Shown: positions 35,470 through 44,697 of the stretch, piece by piece
Layout of the letters: every line of letters begins with the position of its first letter
Numbering within the stretch: the stretch's first letter is position 1
Source of the DNA: Candidatus Bipolaricaulota bacterium
GTDB lineage: Bacteria; Patescibacteriota; Patescibacteriia; UBA11705; DATKZF01
Direction of reading: 5' to 3'
DNA length: 64,000 nt
Assembly (NCBI GenBank): GCA_035528115.1
Contig: DATKZF010000003.1
Coordinates: 150,699 to 214,698 of the forward strand
Made by a program: the position numbers and the translations under genes
The notes under the pieces: model-generated
What the model was told of the DNA's origin: nothing
The model's input: only the letters and a program-made list of their open reading frames with translations
Databases searched by the model: none

Positions 35470-38400
35470 TTAAATCAATCCGATCAATGCCGAATATTTT
35501 TCATCGAATTCTTCGGATTTGGCGATTTTAAAATTCGTCCTGATCATCTTCTCCCCTATTTTCAAAACCACGATTTCCTCTCCCGGATATTCGAGAAAAA
35601 GCTTCTTAACCGCGGTCGCTTGCTCTTTGGTCGCTCCTTTGGGATAGGCCAAAACAACCTGAGGTATTTTATTGTTCGGGGAATTGTCCGTATCCTTTTT
35701 TTTGTAATACTTGCCTCTATCCGGCTCGGCGATCGGCTTGGTTTTCAGATTTTCCGCCAGCATCAATTTGTTTTGTTCATTGATTTCAAAGACTTGATTG
35801 ACCAGCACTTTGGGATCTCCGTCTTTTATCGAAAAACTTCCCTCAACCACCAAAATCTTTTCTTCCTGCCACAGGCTCATGGTCTCTTGATAAATCTTGG
35901 GAAAAACCAACAGCTCAACGCCGGTGATGGCGTCTTCAATTTTCACGAAAAGCATGGGATCGCCCTTTTTCGTCAAAATCTTTTTTATGCCGGTGACCAC
36001 GCCGGCCACTCTCACTTTTTGCCCTTCTTCTTTCAATTGCTTGGCCTCGATCAATTTGGTGATGACCGGCGCCAGTTCATTTTCAAACATTTTGAATGGA
36101 TGCTCGCTGACGTACAGACCCAAAAATTCACGCTCCCATGACAATATTTGTTCCTTGCTGGTTTTGGTGATCTCATCTCTCAGCCTCAGAGTCGGGCCGG
36201 CCGAGGAGAACAAGCTGACTTGGTTTGATTGACTGTCTTTTTCCGTCTCTTTCAAAAAGAAAAGCATTTTATCGATATTGTCATTCAAATAATTGCGATC
36301 GCCGAACCGATCCAGCGCGCCGCTCTTGATCAAGCCTTCAATCGATTTTTTATTCAATACTCTGTTTTCCAAACGAAGCAAAAAATCTTCCAATCGTTGA
36401 TATTGACCGTTGGCTTTTCTTTCCGCGATAATCGCTTTGGAAACATTGTCTCCCACATTGCGGATGGCCGACAAACCGAATCTTATTTTCGGAGACTCGG
36501 TGCTCAAGCTTTCTTTGACCACGGCGAACCTGCCGAAAGACTCATTGACGTCCGGCGGCAATATCTCAATGCCCAGCTGACTGCACTCATCGATTTCAAT
36601 GGCCACTCTTTCCATGTTGTCGAGATCGGAGGTTAAAAGCGACGCCATGAATTCAGCCGGATAATTGGCTTTCAAATAAGCGGTGCGGTATGAAATCATC
36701 GCGTAGCAAGCGGCGTGACTTTTATTGAAGCAATATTGAGCGAACGCTTCCCACGTCTTCCAGACCTCCTCGGCCGCTCTTTTATCGATTTTATTTTTTT
36801 GACAGCCAACAATGAATTCGTCTTTCATTTTCGCCATCAAATCCGCCTTTTTTTTGCCGATGGCTTTTCGCAAAGTATCGGCTTGGCCACCGGTAAAGCC
36901 GGCCATGTCTTTGGACAAAGCCATGACTTGCTCTTGATACACCGTGACGCCGTACGTTTCAGCCAAAGCTCTCTCCATGCTCGGATGAAGATAAGTTATT
37001 TTCTCTCCGCCGCTTTTTCTTTTAATGAAAGTATCGATAAATTGCATGGGACCGGGCCGGTACAAAGCGACCATGGCGATGATATCTTCGAATCGCTCTG
37101 GCGAGAGCTGTCTCAAATATCGCTTCATGCCGCCGGATTCGAATTGAAACACGCCCGTGGTTTTGCCTTCTTGAAACAACCGGTAGGTTTTTTCATCGTC
37201 CAGCGGAATTTCATCTTGCGGCAAACTTATTTTATGCACGGCTTCGATTATTTCAATGGCCTGCTCGATGATCGTCAAATTTTTCAAACCCAAAAAATCC
37301 ATTTTCAACAGCCCCAAGTCTTCGATCGGATGCAAAGAATATTGAGAAACAATGGCCTCATCCCCGCTGGTCGAATACTGGCACGGCACAAAATTATCCA
37401 GCGGCATGGGCGCGATCACCACGCCGCAAGCGTGAGTGGAGGCGTGTCTGGCCACGCCTTCCAGTTTTTTCGCGAAATCAAGCAGACGCTTGGCGTCCGA
37501 GTTCGAGGAGTACATATCACGCACTTCGGCCACGTTGTTTATGGCTTCATCAAGATCAATACTCATGGGAATCAATTTGGAAATCTGGTCGCAAAAAGAA
37601 TAAGGCAAATCAAGCACTCTGCCCACGTCCCTGACCGCGGCTCTGGCTGCCATGGTGCCGAAAGTGATGATTTGAGCCACGTGATCCTTGCCGTATTTTT
37701 CTTCCGTGTATTTCAAAACTTCGTCGCGACGTTTATCCGCGAAATCAGTATCAATATCAGGCATGGAGATTCTGTCCGGATTTAAAAATCGCTCGAACAA
37801 AAGATCATAAGCGATCGGATCAATATCCGTAATCTTGGTCAAATAAGCGACAATGCTGCCGGCCGCCGAGCCTCTGCCCGGCCCCACGGCAATGCCGCTT
37901 TTTTTCGCCCAATTGATAAAATCCTGCACGATCAAAAAATAAGCGGAAAATCCCATTTTTTCAATGGTCTCCAATTCAAAATCCAGCCGCGTCGAAATTT
38001 CCTTTTGTTCTTTTGTCTCCGCATTTTTAAGTTCAAAACCGTATCTTGCTTGAAAATTCTCTTCGCAAAGTTCCCGCAAATAGCCGGCGGCCGTTTTATC
38101 GGCCGGCAGGTCAAACGACGGCAAGAGCGTGCGGTTCAATTCAATTTCCAAATTGCACATCTCGACCACTTTGTTCGTATTTTCAATCACTTCGGGATTG
38201 CCGCGAAAAAAATCGGCCATTTGCGCGGTGGTGAAAAAAGAAAAATCTTCGCCCAGCATGCTCATTCTATTGGTATCCGCGATTTTCTTTTTTGTCTGCA
38301 AACAAATCAGAATGTCATGGGCTTCCGCGTCTTCGGTGTTCAAATAATGAATGTCATTGGTGGCCACGATCGGCACCTCGTGTTTTTTCCCCAATTCGAA

Positions 38401-39000
38401 TATCTTGGCGTTAACTTTTTTTTGGTCCGGAATATTGGGGTGATGCTGAACCTCGAGAAAATATCTGTCCCCGAAAAGCTCTTTGTATTTCAAAATAACT
38501 TCTTCCGCTTTTTTTTCGTCATTTCTCAAAATAGCTTCGGGCAATTCTCCTTGCAGGCAGGCTGATAAACACACAATGCCGTCCGCGTGTTTTTTCAAAA
38601 GCTCCCAGTCTATTCTGGGTTTGTAATAAAAACCTTCGAGATGCGCGATGGTGGTCAATTTGATCAAATTTCTGTAACCGATATCGTTTTGCGCCAGCAA
38701 AATAACGTGGTATCTTTTCGCGGCCAGTCCTTGAGATTTATCGGATAAAGACGTCGCGGCCAAATACGCTTCCACGCCAATGATCGGCTTAATGCCCTGG
38801 GCTTTGCATTTTTGATAAAACTCAATCACGCCGTACATGGAACCATGATCGGTCAGCGCCAAAGCTTCCATACCGTCCGCCTTGGCCTTGGCGACCAGGT
38901 CGTCGATTTTGGCCAAGCCGTCGAGCAGGCTGTAATGGCTGTGGACGTGGAGATGATTAAATTTCATACTTTTTGAATTTACGAGATTACAGATAAACAT
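35470..39000 (-). CDS. dnaE: DNA polymerase III alpha subunit
   Basis: 1176 aa. N-terminal PHP domain (LHVHSHYSLLDGLAKIDDLV...LALTDHGSMYG), polymerase core, C-terminal OB fold. The likely true start is M12 (MKFNHLHVHS, 38967). Confidence 0.95.
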   Translation of the reverse strand: MFICNLVNSKSMKFNHLHVHSHYSLLDGLAKIDDLVAKAKADGMEALALTDHGSMYGVIEFYQKCKAQGIKPIIGVEAYLAATSLSDKSQGLAAKRYHVILLAQNDIGYRNLIKLTTIAHLEGFYYKPRIDWELLKKHADGIVCLSACLQGELPEAILRNDEKKAEEVILKYKELFGDRYFLEVQHHPNIPDQKKVNAKIFELGKKHEVPIVATNDIHYLNTEDAEAHDILICLQTKKKIADTNRMSMLGEDFSFFTTAQMADFFRGNPEVIENTNKVVEMCNLEIELNRTLLPSFDLPADKTAAGYLRELCEENFQARYGFELKNAETKEQKEISTRLDFELETIEKMGFSAYFLIVQDFINWAKKSGIAVGPGRGSAAGSIVAYLTKITDIDPIAYDLLFERFLNPDRISMPDIDTDFADKRRDEVLKYTEEKYGKDHVAQIITFGTMAARAAVRDVGRVLDLPYSFCDQISKLIPMSIDLDEAINNVAEVRDMYSSNSDAKRLLDFAKKLEGVARHASTHACGVVIAPMPLDNFVPCQYSTSGDEAIVSQYSLHPIEDLGLLKMDFLGLKNLTIIEQAIEIIEAVHKISLPQDEIPLDDEKTYRLFQEGKTTGVFQFESGGMKRYLRQLSPERFEDIIAMVALYRPGPMQFIDTFIKRKSGGEKITYLHPSMERALAETYGVTVYQEQVMALSKDMAGFTGGQADTLRKAIGKKKADLMAKMKDEFIVGCQKNKIDKRAAEEVWKTWEAFAQYCFNKSHAACYAMISYRTAYLKANYPAEFMASLLTSDLDNMERVAIEIDECSQLGIEILPPDVNESFGRFAVVKESLSTESPKIRFGLSAIRNVGDNVSKAIIAERKANGQYQRLEDFLLRLENRVLNKKSIEGLIKSGALDRFGDRNYLNDNIDKMLFFLKETEKDSQSNQVSLFSSAGPTLRLRDEITKTSKEQILSWEREFLGLYVSEHPFKMFENELAPVITKLIEAKQLKEEGQKVRVAGVVTGIKKILTKKGDPMLFVKIEDAITGVELLVFPKIYQETMSLWQEEKILVVEGSFSIKDGDPKVLVNQVFEINEQNKLMLAENLKTKPIAEPDRGKYYKKKDTDNSPNNKIPQVVLAYPKGATKEQATAVKKLFLEYPGEEIVVLKIGEKMIRTNFKIAKSEEFDEKYSALIGLI

Positions 39001-39116
39001 ACAAGATTATACAGATTGGAGATTGGTTAATCTCGTATAATCTGTAAACAAATCTGTAATCTCGTATATTCAATGTCCCGTCCATTTTACCAAAGAATCC
39101 CGATAGACTCAAATTA

Positions 39117-39152
39117 AAAAAACCGGCGCAAAACCCGGCCGATTTTTTGAAA
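39117..39152 (-). terminator. Intrinsic terminator after the gene at 39166
   Basis: A7-CCGGCGCAAAACCCGGCCGA-T6: a GC hairpin flanked by poly-A and poly-T. Confidence 0.45.
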
Positions 39153-39165
39153 ATTAAAATTCATT

Positions 39166-39678
39166 TTAAGCCACCTCGGAAATTTCCATCTCCGGCGCCA
39201 AGTTATAACTGGCCGCGCTGACCGGGCCGGGCTTGCCTTCGAGCTGAAGCAACGCGGTGGGCGTGATATTCCTCACTTCCATCACCTTTCCTTCGGGCCC
39301 GACCACCAAGGAACCGACTTTGATGCCGGATTGTTCAATGCGCCACCAACCATCGTAAACATCTCTTTCCCCGCGTCGCCTGACGCCAAAGCCTTGGAGC
39401 GGTTTGTAATCTTGCTCTCTCATCGCTTCTTGATATCTCAAATATGCTTCTTTTTTCTTCCAATTTTCCAAAGTTAATTTAGCCTGACTTTGCAAATTAA
39501 TGGCCGCGTCTTTGACCTGCTCTTTGATCTTTTCGATTCTATTATTGGTTTCCGCCAGCCAATCAGCCTTGACCTTTTCGGTGACCAATTCCAGATAACT
39601 TTCGGGCAATTCGGAAACGGTCAACTCATCAAAGTATCCCTCCAATGTTTTCGGTTGTTCAGCGCTGAATTTTTCCAT
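39166..39678 (-). CDS. Hypothetical protein
   Basis: 170-aa ORF with helical N-half and beta C-half predicted. No motif. Confidence 0.45.
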   Translation of the reverse strand: MEKFSAEQPKTLEGYFDELTVSELPESYLELVTEKVKADWLAETNNRIEKIKEQVKDAAINLQSQAKLTLENWKKKEAYLRYQEAMREQDYKPLQGFGVRRRGERDVYDGWWRIEQSGIKVGSLVVGPEGKVMEVRNITPTALLQLEGKPGPVSAASYNLAPEMEISEVA

Positions 39679-39683
39679 AAATT

Positions 39684-41717
39684 TTATTTAAAACTAATAT
39701 TAAACATTTTATCGGTCAATAAATTCCCGGAAAATTGAAGATCATTGCCGCTCGCGACCATGCCTTCGGAATATGACATCGCGGATTTGGAAAAGTTCAA
39801 ATCAAGCTTCAACCCCGCCAAATCAAGTCCCGGCTGTTTTTGAACGACAAGATTATAAACGCCGCTATTTATTTGATTGCCAATCGTAGCCGGCAACTTA
39901 TAAGTGATTTCCAGAGTTCTGGTTTCCTTGGGTTCGACAATGAAAAAATGCCCAAAAACTTGTTTGCCCAGTTCCTCAAAAATATCAACATCTTTTGATT
40001 CGACCAAATTCCCGTTTTCTCGATAACTGATCAACTGACTGCCTTTGGGAACATAAACCCTGTTGTAAGTGCGGTAGCGCGTGGTTTTCCATGAAAATTC
40101 GCCGGAATTGGCATAAACCATTTTTAATTTGGCGGTCAAACCGTTTTCGGTTTCTTTAACTTCATATTCCAAATTTCTGGACATGACCAAATCCGTTTTC
40201 AAAGCGGCCAAATTAGCGTCAACCACGGCCAGATAATCACCGTCGCTTCGATTGACTTCCGCCGTCCAGCCGAGATCGGTCATCCGAGTTTGCAACGATT
40301 TGTTTTTCGAATAAATCATCAAATGCTTTTCTTTGAAATTTTCGCTGATAATGCCATATAAACGAGACCACTGATTTTGCGGCAAGGTGAACAGCCGGTG
40401 TTGCAACTCCTTGGCCAAATCGCCGATAATGTCTTTTCTGCCCTCCGTGCTTATGCCTTGATGCAAATAACCTTTTTCAACTTGATATTGCAATTGATCC
40501 GTAAAATTATCAGCTGTGAAAGTAAATTCTCCCACTTCAATCGGTCCGACCAGCGACAGCAAATCTTCAATGAATGTTTGCGTCATGCCGATAACCCCGT
40601 TAATATTTTTCTCCGTACCGTTTTCCAGATGATAAAACCACTCCACTTTTTCCGCGGATGTCGGAAAATCATGCCACCAATTGGAATCTCGCATAAACCA
40701 AAATTCCTGCGACAGAAAAAGACCTATCGGCGCCGGCGGTTTTATTTTTAAATATTCCTTGGAAGGATAATCCAAATTATAAATATTGTCCGTAAACACG
40801 CTGATCAGCTCCGCGTCTTTGACTTTGACAATGCCGTATGTCCCGATAAATCCTCCGCCAGGCCGCAATTCATCATTATTTTCCAACAGCAACAAATAAT
40901 TAGCTTGATCCGGATATCCGAGCAGCGGAGGCAAAACTTGTCCGTAAACGATGGCTTTTTGAGCCAGAGAGTCAAGCAATGGCAAATTATCGGAAATCGG
41001 CTGAGCCGCCTTGACGAGCAAAGGAAAAAGCGGCCTGGATTGAAATTCGTTCAGCTTTTGAGTGGATTGCGCCAAGTTGTCGCTGATTTTTTCGAGCTCC
41101 GGCCCGGCATTGACCAAGGTCATCAAAATCTCTCTTTTCTTTTCCGAAGATAAATTTTGCAGCGAAACATCGGTGGCTCCGGTGACATCAATGAATTTTT
41201 CGCCGAGCTTATTGATGTCTATCAGGGAATCGGAAATTTGTTCGCCTATTATCAACAAATCATTGACGCCCAAAAACTGTTGATTAACATATCCAATCTT
41301 GGTGTAAAAGCTGGTTAACATCGGCTCGATTTCCTGCCTGGCCGAAGAAAACCTTGATTTCGCTTCATTGAGCGGCTGCTCGGCCTCGTTGAACTTTTGA
41401 TTCAATAAATAATTTTGAGCCAATTTCAAATTTTCCACGGCCGCGTGAGTATCCAAATAAACCGCTTTGATAACGCTCAAATACGGCAAAAACAAAAGTC
41501 CGATCGCCACCAAGGCGATTATGACTCCGGCCAAAGAAACGATCAGCGCCGTGGGCAAGACCCTAAAAACGGCGACAAAAAACTTGCCGATTCTGCCCGG
41601 AGTTTTCGAAACTTTTGGCTCCGGCATTTTCAGATGAACGGTCCGGGTTTCGAGCTTTTCCGTCTCAATGTCTTGCTTCGGATTGTCATCCGCGTAATTT
41701 TTGAAATGTTCGAGCAT
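39684..41717 (-). CDS. Large membrane-anchored extracellular protein (DUF4012-like)
   Basis: 677 aa. N-terminal cytoplasmic tail plus a single TM (ALIVSLAGVIIALVAIGLLFL), then a large ectodomain. The architecture is typical of DUF4012 proteins. Family call is low confidence. Confidence 0.5.
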   Translation of the reverse strand: MLEHFKNYADDNPKQDIETEKLETRTVHLKMPEPKVSKTPGRIGKFFVAVFRVLPTALIVSLAGVIIALVAIGLLFLPYLSVIKAVYLDTHAAVENLKLAQNYLLNQKFNEAEQPLNEAKSRFSSARQEIEPMLTSFYTKIGYVNQQFLGVNDLLIIGEQISDSLIDINKLGEKFIDVTGATDVSLQNLSSEKKREILMTLVNAGPELEKISDNLAQSTQKLNEFQSRPLFPLLVKAAQPISDNLPLLDSLAQKAIVYGQVLPPLLGYPDQANYLLLLENNDELRPGGGFIGTYGIVKVKDAELISVFTDNIYNLDYPSKEYLKIKPPAPIGLFLSQEFWFMRDSNWWHDFPTSAEKVEWFYHLENGTEKNINGVIGMTQTFIEDLLSLVGPIEVGEFTFTADNFTDQLQYQVEKGYLHQGISTEGRKDIIGDLAKELQHRLFTLPQNQWSRLYGIISENFKEKHLMIYSKNKSLQTRMTDLGWTAEVNRSDGDYLAVVDANLAALKTDLVMSRNLEYEVKETENGLTAKLKMVYANSGEFSWKTTRYRTYNRVYVPKGSQLISYRENGNLVESKDVDIFEELGKQVFGHFFIVEPKETRTLEITYKLPATIGNQINSGVYNLVVQKQPGLDLAGLKLDLNFSKSAMSYSEGMVASGNDLQFSGNLLTDKMFNISFK

Positions 41718-41770
41718 TTATTTTTGTTTTATGCTTCATGATTCATTTTTCATGATACGTGATCCATAAC

Positions 41771-42598
41771 CTACATCTTAATATCCTTCTTCAGCTCATT
41801 CAAATTCCCTTTTCTAAATTTCCACATGTATTTTAACCAACTCTTGATATGTTCTCTCGTCAATTTATTGGTAAAAACCTGATGCCATTTGCCGTCGTTT
41901 GATTCGCGACGGTGCAAATGAATCACTTTGCTTTCCGGATAATAAATCACCTTTTTGCCGGCCAAATTAATTTTTCGGCAAAGATCCATGTCTTCGACAT
42001 ACATGAAATATTTTTCATCGAAACAGCCGATTTGCTCCAGCAAGTCTTTACGCATAATAAAACAAGATCCCTGCACCCAATCGACTTCCCTGATGGAATT
42101 ATGATCCCAATCGTCCATTAAAAATTTTTTCAGATGCTTTTTGCCAAACGGCAACTTGCTCAAGAAAGTCCGTCGAAAAAGCGGCGTGGACCATTTGTGA
42201 AATTTATAGCAGGTGTGCTGAAGCGATCCGTTAGGATTGCACAATTTCGGCGCCACCAGTCCGACACCTTCGCCTTCTTTCTCCTTGATATAATTATACA
42301 ATTTTTCAATGGAATTGTCTTCAACGAAGATATCGGGGTTCATGATAATAATGTATTTGCCGAACGCCGCCTTGATGCCCGCATTGTTGCCCGCGGCAAA
42401 ACCCGAATTTTTGCCCGTTTGAATAAATCGAACTTGCGGATATTCTTCTTCGATCATGTCTTCAATGCCATCGCCGGAATCATTATCCACCACAATCACC
42501 TCGGTCTGTTCGGGCAAATTGCTGGCCAGTAAATCTTTCAAGGCGAAGCGCACCAAATTTTTGCTTTTGTAGGTTAGGATAATTATCGATAAATTCAT
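41771..42598 (-). CDS. GT2 glycosyltransferase
   Basis: 275 aa. MNLSIIILTYKS...VIVVDNDSGDG...GKNSGFAAGNNAGI...DED motifs. Confidence 0.8.
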   Translation of the reverse strand: MNLSIIILTYKSKNLVRFALKDLLASNLPEQTEVIVVDNDSGDGIEDMIEEEYPQVRFIQTGKNSGFAAGNNAGIKAAFGKYIIIMNPDIFVEDNSIEKLYNYIKEKEGEGVGLVAPKLCNPNGSLQHTCYKFHKWSTPLFRRTFLSKLPFGKKHLKKFLMDDWDHNSIREVDWVQGSCFIMRKDLLEQIGCFDEKYFMYVEDMDLCRKINLAGKKVIYYPESKVIHLHRRESNDGKWHQVFTNKLTREHIKSWLKYMWKFRKGNLNELKKDIKM

Positions 42599-42650
42599 AT
42601 ATTGCAGGTCAGTGAGTCGATGGGACGATAGGCGAGTAGTTTATTAGTCC

Positions 42651-44531
42651 CTATTTGCCTCCAATACTACAATCAAAAAAGACAATTTGGTCTTCTTCTC
42701 CCCTTCTTGAGATAACTGCAGCTCCTGCCCAAAGAAGGGAAAGCTTGATTATATTATTATTCCGTACTTTATCAGAAAATGTTTTTGTACTTCTTGCATA
42801 CAAAATTAAAAATTCTTTTGCTAACTCAGAGAGATTCTCATTTCCACTTATCCATTTCTTAATAAAATTATCAATATTTTCTTGTTCATCCTCGGAAAAA
42901 GAATTTATTTCTTTAACCTCTTCCGGTTGCTCACCTCGCATTTTTTCTTTAAATACTAATTTCTTACCTAACTTGACCTTAAAATAAAATTTTCTTCCCA
43001 ACTTATCAATTACATCCTCATTGCTAATTACTGAACCGATATCCCAATGCTTTTCAATCTCCGCGCTTTCCTCGCTAACATATTCAACTTTAGCTCCCAT
43101 TCCCATACGGTCAAACCCTCCGGCACTATCCTCTATAACTAGATAAGGCAATTTATTTGGCGCTTCCATTTTTACTTGTATCCTAAATCTTTCTAAATCA
43201 ATGGGATCGATTTTATATTGATCGAGCAAGGTATGCTTTTGGATAATACGCTTCATTATTAGTTGCTCTTTTATGCGTAACAACTGAATTTTCTCCCGAA
43301 TTTCCGTTAACTTCTTATCACATTGTTCTTTTGTAACGTCTTTATCATTTTGAATAGATAATTCCTCCTCTCGCAATTGATTGCGAGGCATAGTAACTTC
43401 ATTTTCAATTACTTCGGATATTTTATAATTGTCATCTAGGGCAATATTGTAATATTTATCTCCAACTCTAACTAATAAATCAGGGAAAACTGAACCTGAA
43501 ATCCGTCCCTTTCTCCTCATATGAATTACCACCGCATACAGCATAAGATCAGAAACAGAATCTCCAATTTTAATTTTTCTACCCTCTTCTCTTACTTTTT
43601 CTATTGGAACAACAATTTGTCCCTGTGGGTATTTTTCTGATACAGGAACTTGTATAACATTATAAAGCCCTCTTGGAGTTATCAATGTACCATCAAAGCT
43701 ACCTATACCCATTCTTCCGATCATTGATTTTTCTCCTAAAATAGTTTTACCTATGCCTTTTCTTTGTATATCGCCTTTACCGACTTTTCTTACCCACTCT
43801 CCTGTGACATCCTCGACCCCTAATACTCTTTGCTCTGACAGGCCATACACGCTTACCCTAGCCATGCCACCAACTGATTCCAAAAATTTTAACCATTCAA
43901 TATCTTTTGTTTCCCTAGATGTAATATGTGGAGTAATTCCTGTATATTCTTTCGCCAGTTGGTGAATATCCTCATATGTCATGTCTTGCAAACCTTCTTG
44001 CGTTGAATAATCCGAAGGTTCTGACGCCCAGTATAACAAAGGAAAATCAAAACGTCTCTCTTTGAATAAATCTCCATATTTCTGAAATAAATTTGCTATT
44101 TGCGAATAAGGAATATGCTCTCTGACACCGGGTACTGCATCAAAACCGCAAAAAGCGCAGCTCTTTGAACAACCAAATGTTAATTGAATTGCTCCAACAT
44201 TTTTCATTATTAATTCCAGCTCTTCAGGTAAAAATTTCTTTTCCAATTCGAGCGGTAAAGAATCGCTTTCTCCCGGATACATCTTTTTCTTTTTCTCAAC
44301 AACCTGATCAACTAATTTGCGATGATCTTTTTCCAGCCATTTTTCCCAATAGCTTAACTGTGCAATTAAAGCATCATCTTCAATTGCTTTTTCCAGAAAT
44401 GATTGCAGCTCTCCTCTTTCTTCAAGCTCAGTGAAATAATCAACCAGCTCTTTTGGCGACATTTCCAAAACCTGCTCTCGTGTTTTTTCCTTTTTCGGTT
44501 TTTCAATTGTTATCTTTGGAATCTCCGGCAT
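42651..44531 (-). CDS. Atypical large radical-SAM-motif protein
   Basis: 626 aa. Single CxxxCxxC cluster in a typical context (LTFGCSKSCAFCGFD, residues about 120-130), preceded by an acidic about 110-aa N-terminal extension and followed by an about 300-aa uncharacterised C-terminal region. Only five Cys in total, so no SPASM or auxiliary cluster. Local GC is about 33%, lower than the host. Confidence 0.5.
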   Translation of the reverse strand: MPEIPKITIEKPKKEKTREQVLEMSPKELVDYFTELEERGELQSFLEKAIEDDALIAQLSYWEKWLEKDHRKLVDQVVEKKKKMYPGESDSLPLELEKKFLPEELELIMKNVGAIQLTFGCSKSCAFCGFDAVPGVREHIPYSQIANLFQKYGDLFKERRFDFPLLYWASEPSDYSTQEGLQDMTYEDIHQLAKEYTGITPHITSRETKDIEWLKFLESVGGMARVSVYGLSEQRVLGVEDVTGEWVRKVGKGDIQRKGIGKTILGEKSMIGRMGIGSFDGTLITPRGLYNVIQVPVSEKYPQGQIVVPIEKVREEGRKIKIGDSVSDLMLYAVVIHMRRKGRISGSVFPDLLVRVGDKYYNIALDDNYKISEVIENEVTMPRNQLREEELSIQNDKDVTKEQCDKKLTEIREKIQLLRIKEQLIMKRIIQKHTLLDQYKIDPIDLERFRIQVKMEAPNKLPYLVIEDSAGGFDRMGMGAKVEYVSEESAEIEKHWDIGSVISNEDVIDKLGRKFYFKVKLGKKLVFKEKMRGEQPEEVKEINSFSEDEQENIDNFIKKWISGNENLSELAKEFLILYARSTKTFSDKVRNNNIIKLSLLWAGAAVISRRGEEDQIVFFDCSIGGK

Positions 44532-44652
44532 ATTTTTTTCTTACTTTTTCCATTTTCTTTTTATAATCATCAAGATCATCAAGCTCTTTTTTAAGCTCAA
44601 TTCTCTGTTTTACTAACTTCCGAATATTTTTTACTCTCTTTTTCTTATCCAT
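44503..44652 (-). CDS. Possible 49-aa lysine-rich small ORF overlapping the start of the radical-SAM gene
   Basis: MDKKKRVKNIRKLVKQRIELKKELDDLDDYKKKMEKVRKKYAGDSKDNN. The stop overlaps the downstream ATG by 29 nt in a different frame. Below the ORF-track length cut-off, so this is speculative. Confidence 0.2.
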   Translation of the reverse strand: MDKKKRVKNIRKLVKQRIELKKELDDLDDYKKKMEKVRKKYAGDSKDNN

Positions 44653-44697
44653 ATTTATATTTGTAATATTTGTATACGATTTGTAAATTTGTAACCT

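Noticed and set aside
36715-37785. 356-aa and other long ORFs antisense to dnaE (also 18383..19084 antisense to murA, 50387..51292 antisense to the YraN/methyltransferase genes)
   Set aside because: They lie fully inside well-supported conserved genes on the opposite strand. Their composition is His/Arg/Phe-rich, which is typical of antisense frames.
39001-39110. Chromosomal origin (oriC/DnaA-box cluster) upstream of dnaE
   Set aside because: The repeats match the DnaA box consensus TTATCCACA poorly (at most 6 of 9). No dnaA/dnaN is adjacent, and similar motifs occur upstream of pyk and thiI. An operator-like regulatory array is more likely.
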